Source: an uncultured Spirochaetota bacterium
Lineage (GTDB): Bacteria; Spirochaetota; Spirochaetia; SZUA-6; Fen-1364
Reading direction: 5' to 3'
NCBI GenBank assembly: GCA_963845535.1
Contig: CAWJSK010000004.1
Location: forward strand, 64,001-128,000
Length of the DNA stretch: 64,000 nucleotides
The position numbers and the translations under genes are program-made. The first letter of the stretch is position 1; each line of letters begins with the position of its first letter. Of the stretch, positions 8,896 through 17,235 are shown one piece after another. The notes under the pieces were generated by a model. It saw nothing but the letters and a program-made list of their open reading frames with translations, did no database searches and was not told where the DNA came from.

Positions 8896-9930
8896 ATGGC
8901 GAAACGAGCGACCCTGAGAGACGTGGCGCTGAAGGCCGGCGTATCCCACGGCATGGCCGGACGTGTCCTCGGGAACTACGGCTCGTTCAGCAAAGCCACG
9001 CAGCGCAAGGTACGCGCGGCCGCCCGGGCCGTGCAGTACTCCCCCAACGTCATCGCCAAAGCATTGAAGACGCAGCGGACGAAAACCGCTGGTGTGCTCG
9101 TCTCCGACATCACGGCGTCCTTCTGGACCACAATGGTGCGCGCCATCCAGGACCGCGCCGCGCGCGACGGGTACGGCATCATCCTCTTCAACAGCGACGA
9201 GGAGTCCCGCAGCGAAAAGGCCTCCCTTGCGACGCTCATCGAGCGCAGCATGGACGGGCTGATCATCTGCCCGACAATCGGCAACCATTCCTCCCTGAAA
9301 AAGCTCTCCCGCGGCGGAACCCCGCTCGTTCTCGTGGATCGCAAGGTGTCGGGGATCGCTTCCCCGTCCATCCGGGTCGACAACCGGGCGGGCGCGAGAG
9401 AGGCCGTCTCTTACCTCGCGCGCCTCGGTCATCGCAGGATTGCGATCATCAAGGGCATTGACGGGGTTGAGACCGCCGACGAGCGCTACGCCGGATACGC
9501 TGAGGCGCTTGCCGAGCACCGAATCCCCCTCCAACCATCACTCGTGAAGGACGGCCGGTTCATGAAAAACAAGGCTTTCGAAGCTACGCGCGAGCTGCTG
9601 CGGATGAAGAGCAGGCCGAGCGCGATCTTCGTGAGCAACGAAGTCATGGCAAGCGGATGCATGCTCGCGCTCAAAGAGGCGGGAGTTCGCATTCCTCAGG
9701 ACATGTCGCTCGTCACCTTTGATGACCCTGTCTGGACGGAGTACGTCAACCCGCCCATCACCAGCGTGAGCCAGCCGAGCTACACCATGGGAATACTTGC
9801 TTTCGACTACCTCTTGAGCCAGATCCTCGACAGGGAGAGGCGCGCGAAGCGCCTGGATGATCTTGTCCTGAAGACCACCCTCATCATACGAGAATCCTGC
9901 CGGGAGCTCCGGGGCGCCCCTTCCCGCTGA
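8896..9930 (+). CDS. LacI-family transcriptional regulator
   Basis: N-terminal HTH ATLRDVALKAGVSHGMAGRVL, YSPNVIAKAL hinge, and sugar-binding domain (DMSLVTFDD, ITSVSQP). Confidence 0.93.
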   Translation: MAKRATLRDVALKAGVSHGMAGRVLGNYGSFSKATQRKVRAAARAVQYSPNVIAKALKTQRTKTAGVLVSDITASFWTTMVRAIQDRAARDGYGIILFNSDEESRSEKASLATLIERSMDGLIICPTIGNHSSLKKLSRGGTPLVLVDRKVSGIASPSIRVDNRAGAREAVSYLARLGHRRIAIIKGIDGVETADERYAGYAEALAEHRIPLQPSLVKDGRFMKNKAFEATRELLRMKSRPSAIFVSNEVMASGCMLALKEAGVRIPQDMSLVTFDDPVWTEYVNPPITSVSQPSYTMGILAFDYLLSQILDRERRAKRLDDLVLKTTLIIRESCRELRGAPSR

Positions 9931-9941
9931 GCTCCAATGAC

Positions 9942-9970
9942 AAAAAGGGCCCGCCGTGTTGGCGGGCCCT
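9942..9970. terminator. Rho-independent terminator, copy 2, between convergent lacI and binding-protein genes
   Basis: Perfect stem AGGGCCCGCC/GGCGGGCCCT with a U-tract on the minus strand. Confidence 0.8.
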
Positions 9971-10014
9971 GCCTTATGTCAGGCCAGGAATCTCTTTTCA
10001 AAGACTCTGTTCTC

Positions 10015-11142
10015 TCAGTCGTACACCAGCTGCGCGATGTCGGGGTTGTCGATGTTGGTGGAGTCGTAGAACTTCGCACCAGTGTCGATATTCGCCACAG
10101 GCTGGCCCTTCACCGCCTTCACCGCGAGCGTGACCGCCTGGAACCCGATGTTGTAGGGGTCCTGCGTGATTGATCCCAGGAAGTACTTGTTGCGGATGGC
10201 CGCTTTCTGCGCCTTGCCAGCGTCAAACCCTACCACCACCAACCCGGGATACTGCGAGGGCAGCGCGCTTCCGTCATTGGAAGCTGCCAGCACCGCCCGT
10301 GCCGTCCCTTCGTTGGAGCAGAAGATCCCCAGGATGTGGTCCGTGGAGACCCGGTTGAGGATTGCCGTGGCCGTGTTCGTTGCATCCGTGTCCTTCGGCG
10401 AGGCAGGCACCTGCACGTCAATAATGATCGCCTTCCCGCTGGTGGGGCTGTCAGAGGCTATGTAGGCCGGGTTGCCTTGCACCCGAATGTCCGCCGCGGT
10501 GTGGCTCGTCTGCGCGGTGATCAGCTTGATCATCTCGTCACGGAACCCTTTCCCGCGGTCCGTCACTGACTGGCTGGTGGCGTCCTGGTTGAAGTCCACG
10601 ATCGTCACGGGGTTCGCGTCGCTTGCCGCCGCAATCTTGTCCTTGATGGCCGCAAACATGTGGTCCGCCGCAAGCCCAGCAGCCGCGTAGCTATTGGTGG
10701 CCGCCGTGGCGTAGATGGCCCCCTTGGGCGCGTTGGGAACTCCTGAGTCAAACCCGATGATCGGGATATGCCTCTGGATGGCCTGGTTCAGCTGATCCAT
10801 GACCGAGTTCGTATCAAGGGCCGCCAGACAGATGGCCGCGGGGTTCTTCGCCATGTCGTTGACCAGCATCTGCACCTGGGGCTGGATATCCGCTTCCGTC
10901 GGGGGTCCTTCGAAGGTGATCTGCACGCCCAACTGTGCCGCAGCAGCTTCCGCACCCTTCTTCACCGTCTGCCAGAACTGGTGCTGGAAACCCTTGGAAA
11001 TGACGGGAATGTACATCTTCCCGCCCTGCGCCATGGCTCCGCCGCCTTCCTTTGACCCGTTGGCAAAGGCCGGAAGCGCGAGTGCCAGGAGCAATGCGGC
11101 TGCTGCCACCAGCAGCACCCCTTTTCGACTGAAGATGCTCAT
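10015..11142 (-). CDS. Sugar ABC substrate-binding protein (RbsB-like), copy 2
   Basis: Protein identical to copy 1; last gene of the ATPase-permease-SBP operon. Confidence 0.92.
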   Translation of the reverse strand: MSIFSRKGVLLVAAAALLLALALPAFANGSKEGGGAMAQGGKMYIPVISKGFQHQFWQTVKKGAEAAAAQLGVQITFEGPPTEADIQPQVQMLVNDMAKNPAAICLAALDTNSVMDQLNQAIQRHIPIIGFDSGVPNAPKGAIYATAATNSYAAAGLAADHMFAAIKDKIAAASDANPVTIVDFNQDATSQSVTDRGKGFRDEMIKLITAQTSHTAADIRVQGNPAYIASDSPTSGKAIIIDVQVPASPKDTDATNTATAILNRVSTDHILGIFCSNEGTARAVLAASNDGSALPSQYPGLVVVGFDAGKAQKAAIRNKYFLGSITQDPYNIGFQAVTLAVKAVKGQPVANIDTGAKFYDSTNIDNPDIAQLVYD

Positions 11143-11234
11143 AGACACCTCCTCTTTCTTTGTGCCCCGAACATGCGTCCAGGGTTGTTCTCTACCCCAA
11201 GAAGCACGCAGCCGGACGGGCGGGCATTCGATTT

Positions 11235-12530
11235 CTAGTGACGCTCCGCCTCCTTCTGCTGCGAGAACTCTCCGTGTTTGAATATCTCGGCAAACTCATG
11301 GTCAGCGGCCTTCTCCTCCGCGCGAATTCGGGCCTGCTCCGCTTTCTCTTCTGCTTTCATCTTGGAGAACGTTGCTTTCAATTCCCTTCGAGCCTGAGCG
11401 ATCTGGGTCTCGATTGACGCGCTCTCCTCCATTTTTCCGGCAGCCTTCCGGAGGGAAGCCTCGCGCTTCAAGGCGGCGATCTTTTCCACCATGGACGCCT
11501 TGTACGTGTCCGCGGGCGTTTCGATCCGGACTTCCGCCGCCTTCTTGGTCCGGTACATATCCAGGAGCACTGCCCCAATGACGATGACGCCCGTGAAGAA
11601 CGTCTGCCAGTGAGCCTCGAGGTTCAAGGAGGGAAGGCCCGTGGCCAGCACCGACATGATGAAAACGCCGATGATGGTTCCCCAGATGGTCCCGATTCCT
11701 CCCGCAAGCGACGTGCCCCCGATGACCGCGCCGGCAATGGCGTACAGCTCGAATCCCTGTCCCTGGGCGGGAAGGACCGTGGTGTAGATGGCGGCGTAGG
11801 AGATCCCTCCAATGCCCGCAGTGCCGCCGGCAATGACGTACACAAGGAGCTGCCACTTCTTGACATCCACGCCCGACAGACGCGCCGCTTCAAGGTTGCT
11901 GCCAATGGCGTAGGTGTATCTCCCCAGCTTCGTGTTGGACAGCATGATGTGGCAGATCACGGCGATTGCCGCCAGAAGGAGGGCTCCCGTTGGAATGGCG
12001 CCTCCGCCGCTTGCGCCCAGGTAAAGGAAGATGTCCTTGAACCATCCCCCCGGCTGGCCGCGGATGGGGAACGTGGCGCTGGATACGTTGGAAATGATGG
12101 AGCCGACGCCCATGGAGATCATCATGGTGCCGAGGGTCACGATAAACGGAGGCATCTTCAGCCGAGACACCATGATGCCGTTGAAAGCGCCGAACGCAAG
12201 ACCCACGACGATGATCAGGATGAGGGACGGGACCATGGGAAAACCGTGCTTGAGCGCGGTGCCGCCCGTAATGGCCGCCGCCATCATGACCGTCCCGACG
12301 GAAAGGTCGATGCCGCCGCTGATAATGACGAAAGTGACGCCCATCGAGATGAATCCGATGTAGTAGGCGGCATCAATGATGTTGACCAGCGTCGGGTAGG
12401 AGAAATAATTGATCCCGAAGAATCCGAAGAAAAGGTAGAGAATGACCAGTGCCCCCGGTGCGAGGACCCACTTCAGCCCGCGCTCGCGGAAGCGCTGCAT
12501 CATGTTGGTTTCCGTGCTCAGATCTCCCAT
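11235..12530 (-). CDS. Sugar ABC permease (RbsC-like) with a ~105-aa charged C-terminal extension
   Basis: GGIDLSVG, PPFIVTLGTM, GRYTYAIGSNLEAARLSGV and ELYAIAGAVIGGTSL. ATG at 12530. Confidence 0.92.
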   Translation of the reverse strand: MGDLSTETNMMQRFRERGLKWVLAPGALVILYLFFGFFGINYFSYPTLVNIIDAAYYIGFISMGVTFVIISGGIDLSVGTVMMAAAITGGTALKHGFPMVPSLILIIVVGLAFGAFNGIMVSRLKMPPFIVTLGTMMISMGVGSIISNVSSATFPIRGQPGGWFKDIFLYLGASGGGAIPTGALLLAAIAVICHIMLSNTKLGRYTYAIGSNLEAARLSGVDVKKWQLLVYVIAGGTAGIGGISYAAIYTTVLPAQGQGFELYAIAGAVIGGTSLAGGIGTIWGTIIGVFIMSVLATGLPSLNLEAHWQTFFTGVIVIGAVLLDMYRTKKAAEVRIETPADTYKASMVEKIAALKREASLRKAAGKMEESASIETQIAQARRELKATFSKMKAEEKAEQARIRAEEKAADHEFAEIFKHGEFSQQKEAERH

Positions 12531-12535
12531 ACTCT

Positions 12536-14056
12536 TCAACTCCTGGCGAGGACTTCCTCGTGTCCCATTGTCGCGTATTGCATGATGGCTTCCTGGCTCG
12601 CTTCTTCGATGGAGAGCTCTCCGGTCAGCCGTCCCTCGCACATCACAATGATACGGTCGCTCATACGGAGGATCTCGGGAAGCTCCGAAGAGATCATGAT
12701 GATCGACTTCCCTTCCCTGATCAGCTCGTTCATCAGCGTGTAGATTTCACTTTTGGCCCCCACGTCTATCCCGCGCGTGGGCTCGTCAAAAATCAGGATG
12801 TCGCAGTTGCGGATGAGCCACTTCGCGATGACCACCTTCTGCTGGTTGCCTCCGGACAGGTTCCTCAGAAGCTGTTCCAGTGACGGAGTCTTGATGTTCA
12901 GCCTGCGCACGAACTCTTCCGTGACGTTGCGGACCTTGCGCGCGTGAATGAACAGTCCGCGCTGGAAATGGTCATACGTGGCCATGGCCAGGTTGTCCCT
13001 GACGCTCAGGTTGACCGCCAGCCCGAAGCGCTTGCGGTCCTCCGAGAGATATCCTATGCCGTCGGCAACGGCGTCTTCCGGGGAGCGGATGGAAACCCGG
13101 CGGCCGCGCACCTCGATGGAGCCGCTCTGGATTTCATCCGCGCCGAAGACGGCCCTGGCGGTCTCCGTCCTGCCGGACCCCATCAGGCCGGCGATGCCGA
13201 GGATCTCCCCCTGGCGCAGCTCGAAAGAGACGTTCTTCACGAGCCTTCCCGCGTTCAAGCGGTTCACGCGAAGCACGACCGGCGAGTCGACGGGCACGTT
13301 GCTCTTGGTCTTGGGCTGCTCGTAGATGACCCGGCCGACCATCATGTTGATGATCTGCTGCTTCGTCACCTCCGAGGTCTTCGCCGTGTCCACGAGCTCC
13401 CCGTCACGAAGGACGGTGACCCTGTCCGCAATGCGGTGGATCTCATCAAGGCGATGGGAGATGTGGATCATGCCGACGCCCTTGCTTGCGAGGTCCCGCA
13501 TGATGGTGAACAACTCTTCGATTTCAGAGTCCGTCAGGGCCGCGGTGGGCTCATCCAGGATCAGGATGCGCAGGCTGTGCGACACCGCCTTGGCAATCTC
13601 CACCATCTGCTGCTTGCCGACGGTCAGCCGTCCGAGCGTCTCCCGGGGGTCGATATTCATCTTCAGGCGCTTGAACAGATCCGCCGCGCGCCTGTTCTGC
13701 TCCCGCTTGTCCAGAAGCACACCGTTGAGCCGGGTTGATTCACGCCCAATGAAGATGTTCTCCGCCACCGTGAGATGGTCCATCATGTTCAGTTCCTGGT
13801 GGATGATCCCGATCCCCATCTCCAGCGCGTGCTTGGGGCTTCGCGGATTGAACTGGTGGCCGAGGTAAATGATCTCACCGCTGTCTTTCGAGTTGATCCC
13901 GACGAGGACTTTCATGAGCGTCGACTTGCCGGCGCCGTTTTCTCCGACCAGCGCGTGAATTTCAGCCTCGTTCAGGTCGAAATCCACCTGCCGCAGCGCA
14001 TGAACCCCGGTAAAGCGCTTGTCGATTTTCCGCATTGCGAGGACTTGACGGCTCAC
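12536..14056 (-). CDS. Sugar ABC ATP-binding protein (RbsA/MglA-like)
   Basis: GENGAGKST, LDEPT, LSGGNQQKV and DEPTRGIDVGAK. GTG at 14056 after AGGAG. Confidence 0.93.
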   Translation of the reverse strand: MSRQVLAMRKIDKRFTGVHALRQVDFDLNEAEIHALVGENGAGKSTLMKVLVGINSKDSGEIIYLGHQFNPRSPKHALEMGIGIIHQELNMMDHLTVAENIFIGRESTRLNGVLLDKREQNRRAADLFKRLKMNIDPRETLGRLTVGKQQMVEIAKAVSHSLRILILDEPTAALTDSEIEELFTIMRDLASKGVGMIHISHRLDEIHRIADRVTVLRDGELVDTAKTSEVTKQQIINMMVGRVIYEQPKTKSNVPVDSPVVLRVNRLNAGRLVKNVSFELRQGEILGIAGLMGSGRTETARAVFGADEIQSGSIEVRGRRVSIRSPEDAVADGIGYLSEDRKRFGLAVNLSVRDNLAMATYDHFQRGLFIHARKVRNVTEEFVRRLNIKTPSLEQLLRNLSGGNQQKVVIAKWLIRNCDILIFDEPTRGIDVGAKSEIYTLMNELIREGKSIIMISSELPEILRMSDRIIVMCEGRLTGELSIEEASQEAIMQYATMGHEEVLARS

Positions 14057-14246
14057 TGAGATAACTCCTGGAGTGTGGTCCGCGGCATACGCTTGAAAGC
14101 GCCATGGACCGCGGTGCTTGGGCGCGCGTCGATCCGTTTCGTTCCTGGATGGTACAAGATACCTTCGCAAAGAGTCAAGTTTTAGTTTCAGCAGTATCTT
14201 TGGGACGCACGGCTCGAACCGTGCCGCAAATTACGGGAGGCATTTC

Positions 14247-14441
14247 ATGAGATGGGTTCTCATCATCATAGGCTTGCTGGTGCTCGTGGTCGGTGTGATC
14301 TGGGCTCTTCAGGGCACCAACCTTCTCCCTTACGGCCAGATGGCAGGCGATAAACATTGGGTAGTCAGAGGCGGCGTGCTGGGCATCATCGGGATCATCC
14401 TCATCGTGCTGGGAGCGAGGATCAAAGCGAAAACCGGGTAG
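14247..14441 (+). CDS. Small two-TM membrane protein (64 aa)
   Basis: RBS GGGAGG then ATG; two hydrophobic helices flanking WALQGTNLLPYGQMAG. Confidence 0.75.
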   Translation: MRWVLIIIGLLVLVVGVIWALQGTNLLPYGQMAGDKHWVVRGGVLGIIGIILIVLGARIKAKTG

Positions 14442-14445
14442 GCTC

Positions 14446-15282
14446 CTAAACGGAAATGAGCGCCACCCCGGCAAGCGCCAGGGCAAGCCCCAGGACCCGC
14501 GGCGCGGTCACCCGCTCACGAAGGATTATCCAGGCAAGAATGACCGTTGGCCCGGGATAAAGGGCAGCCACCGCCGCGGAGATGCTGAGCATGCCGATCC
14601 TGCTCGCAAGGAGGAACGCGATGTTGGCGCCCATGTCCAGGGCCCCGGACGCCATTACGAAGGGAACCGACGCCCGGGAAAGGCGCACGGGCTTTCGCGT
14701 CACGAGCATGAAAATGCCCACCAGGGAAACCGTAGCAACGCGCGCTGCAACGAGGGGCCACAAGCCTGAGCCGTGCGTCGTGCGGGAGATTGAAAAGAAA
14801 AACAAGCCGAAACCCAGCCCGGCCAGAACCCCGAGAAGGCCGGCGCGGCGTACGGCCCCTTCCCGTGACGATTTCGACGGTCCCGCCGTCAGAAGCCCGA
14901 TGGCGCACACGCCGAGAAGGATCCCCACCCACGCCGCAAGACCGGGCCTTTCGCCTGCGGCTACTCCCAGAAGGACCGGAATGGCAGCGCCCGTGACCGC
15001 AGCCAGCGGAGACGCCACCGCAACAACGGTGGTTGCAAGCGCGAAATAAAGAGCGGCAATTCCGGCAGCGCCGGACACCCCTGCAAGCGCGCCCCAGGCG
15101 AGGTCCAGCGGCTGCTGGAGGGGGAAACCGAAGACAAGAGACGCCACCAGGGCAACCACGAGGCCGACGGCTTGAGAGGACACGAGCACCGCGGGAAGCG
15201 GCGCTTTTCTCACGGCCATCCCGCCGCAGAAGTCCGCTGCTCCATACATCAGCGCTGAGAAACCTGCAAGGAGGATCGACAT
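14446..15282 (-). CDS. EamA/DMT-family transporter
   Basis: About 10 TM; YGAADFCGG and LYPGPTVILAWIILRERV motifs. Confidence 0.88.
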   Translation of the reverse strand: MSILLAGFSALMYGAADFCGGMAVRKAPLPAVLVSSQAVGLVVALVASLVFGFPLQQPLDLAWGALAGVSGAAGIAALYFALATTVVAVASPLAAVTGAAIPVLLGVAAGERPGLAAWVGILLGVCAIGLLTAGPSKSSREGAVRRAGLLGVLAGLGFGLFFFSISRTTHGSGLWPLVAARVATVSLVGIFMLVTRKPVRLSRASVPFVMASGALDMGANIAFLLASRIGMLSISAAVAALYPGPTVILAWIILRERVTAPRVLGLALALAGVALISV

Positions 15283-15329
15283 AGGGTTCCTTGAACGGGG
15301 ATTGAAGCACGCGCGGGCGCCGGTCGTCT

Positions 15330-15370
15330 ACCCGGCACACCCGGCAGACCGCATACCCGGCAACCCGGCA
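15330..15370 (+). repeat. Clustered octamer direct repeats ACCCGGCA (4 exact + 1 degenerate)
   Basis: Copies start at 15330, 15339, 15355 and 15363, just upstream of TTGACA (15379). Confidence 0.8.
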
Positions 15371-15413
15371 AGCGCTTCTTGACAGCACGCAAAGCCACCG
15401 CGATGATTGCTCT

Positions 15414-15800
15414 GTGAACGGTGACAGTGAGAATACACAGATCAGGAAGGATCCGCGGAAGTTCAAGTATTCGGCGTCCCTGGGAAAGCGGGCCGTGCTC
15501 GTCATCCTCTCCAAGAGGGGCTTCGGCACGACGTTCGTGATCGACCGGCCCCGCAGCGTGCTCGGGCGCCAAAGCGACTGCGAGTTCGTCGTCGATGACC
15601 CTCTCCTCAGCCGCAAGCACTGCGCCGTGACCGTTCCGGCGGAGGGAGACTACTTCCTGGAAGACCTGAACTCCACGAACTCGACTTTCCTCAACTCGCG
15701 CAATCTGACGGAGAAGAGCCGCCTCGCCTACGGAGACCGCATCGTCATCGGGAATACCATCATGCGGTTCTACCTGGAAGAGGAAGCCGACCCGAAATAG
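15414..15800 (+). CDS. Stand-alone FHA domain protein
   Basis: LGR...DPLLSRKHC...LEDLNSTNSTFLN...GDRIVIG FHA signature. Promoter TTGACA-17-GATGAT ends 6 nt before the GTG. Confidence 0.9.
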   Translation: MNGDSENTQIRKDPRKFKYSASLGKRAVLVILSKRGFGTTFVIDRPRSVLGRQSDCEFVVDDPLLSRKHCAVTVPAEGDYFLEDLNSTNSTFLNSRNLTEKSRLAYGDRIVIGNTIMRFYLEEEADPK

Positions 15801-15830
15801 ATTTCCCCCTCCCCGGGGCCTATATTCTAG

Positions 15831-16406
15831 GTGCGCATGGACAGCTTGCACATACGACCAACCCTGTGCGCCGCCGTTCTTCTTCTGGCGGCCGGCTGCG
15901 CAACTCCCGCCCACCCTCCCGCAAAGGCGCAGGCTGCGCATGAACCGGTCTCGGTCCAGGCGTTCTCCTTCAATCCCTTCTTCTCCGTCACGCTCCCTCC
16001 CTCCCGCATTCATTCGCATGAAGAAGCCATCAGGGCGTTGGGCACACCGGCGGAAGTACTGACAAAGCAAGCCCCCGGCGAGCATGATCCCACAATCGTC
16101 AATTCCGTCATCACGCTCCGCTACGCCTTCGGTGAGCTGGTGTACCTGCGCGTCTCCGGCAAAGACGTGGAGAACCTCATTCTCATTCAGCTCCATGGAA
16201 ACCAGGCCGCCCTGAGGTACGGAATCCGCTTCGGTGAGACGACGCGGGATCAGGTCCTCAAGCTCTTCGGAAAGCCGCAGGACACCCAGGATAACTCCGT
16301 CTCCTATAATGTACTTTACACGGAGGAGATCACGAACCCGACGACCTTCTACTTCCACGACAACGTCTTGATCGAAATCGACATTTCCTCCCTAATGATG
16401 GATTGA
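15831..16406 (+). CDS. Hypothetical lipoprotein
   Basis: Lipobox LAAGC; internal duplicated 'LG-P/FGKP' modules of the BamE/DUF4309 type. Confidence 0.7.
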   Translation: MRMDSLHIRPTLCAAVLLLAAGCATPAHPPAKAQAAHEPVSVQAFSFNPFFSVTLPPSRIHSHEEAIRALGTPAEVLTKQAPGEHDPTIVNSVITLRYAFGELVYLRVSGKDVENLILIQLHGNQAALRYGIRFGETTRDQVLKLFGKPQDTQDNSVSYNVLYTEEITNPTTFYFHDNVLIEIDISSLMMD

Positions 16407-17204
16407 ATGAAACCAAATCATGCCGCCGGATGGGGCATCCTGTGCGCAGTCCTGATTTCAGGAGCGTTGACGGCCGCCGCCATGCATGACGTCACCCTGG
16501 GCAATGACTTCGCCACCCTGCCCCTGGACGGCGGGTATCTCCTCAGCAACAACACGTGGAACCGGGACGCGGCGCACGGGCCGCACCAGCAGGCAATCTT
16601 CACGAGCAACGCGGGAGACAAGCCGTCCTTCGGCTGGAGCTGGCGCTGGCCTTCGAGCGACGGGGTTGTCTCCTATCCCGAGGTCATCTACGGAGACTCT
16701 CCGTGGGACCAGAAGCCGCGGCACGGGACGGCTGACCTCCCCCTGCGCGTCGACTCCCGCCGCATGACGGTGGACTATGATATCTCCTACCAGGCGAGCG
16801 GGATCTGCAACCTCGCCTTCGAGTTCTGGACAGTCTCCTCGCTTCCTGCGTCTCCTTCCGCCATCACGCACGAGGTCATGATCTGGATCGACAACAAGGA
16901 CATGACCCCCGCGGGGGTGTGGACCGACGATTTCAAGCTCAACGGCACCACGTATGACGTCTTCCTCCGCGAAGGCCACGGAGACGCTTCCGGGAAGAAT
17001 CCGCAAAAATGGACGTACGTCGCCTTTCTGGCCAGAAAGCCGGTCCTCAAAGGGCCGCTGGACGTCACGGCTTTTGCCGGGTTCCTTCAGTCGAAAAAAA
17101 TCCTCGGCAGCAACCTCTTCATAACGAGCCTGGAGCTGGGCAACGAGGTGATGACGGGCACGGGCCGCACCGAGGTGCGCGGGTACAAGGTCACCGTCCG
17201 CTGA
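16407..17204 (+). CDS. GH12 endoglucanase/xyloglucanase, secreted
   Basis: NNTWN, SYPEVIYG, NLAFEFW, HEVMIW (nucleophile Glu) and LELGNE (acid/base Glu). Confidence 0.88.
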   Translation: MKPNHAAGWGILCAVLISGALTAAAMHDVTLGNDFATLPLDGGYLLSNNTWNRDAAHGPHQQAIFTSNAGDKPSFGWSWRWPSSDGVVSYPEVIYGDSPWDQKPRHGTADLPLRVDSRRMTVDYDISYQASGICNLAFEFWTVSSLPASPSAITHEVMIWIDNKDMTPAGVWTDDFKLNGTTYDVFLREGHGDASGKNPQKWTYVAFLARKPVLKGPLDVTAFAGFLQSKKILGSNLFITSLELGNEVMTGTGRTEVRGYKVTVR

Positions 17205-17235
17205 CCGGGGCAGGCAGTGAAGGTCCGCGCCCGCG

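Larger units (their letters stand above)
9939..11184. repeat. 1246-bp direct repeat, copy 2
   Basis: Near-identical to 7523-8768. Confidence 0.95.

Noticed and set aside
7523..11184. Direct repeats flanking lacI read as a composite transposon
   Set aside because: The repeats encode a sugar-binding protein; there is no transposase, terminal inverted repeat or target-site duplication.
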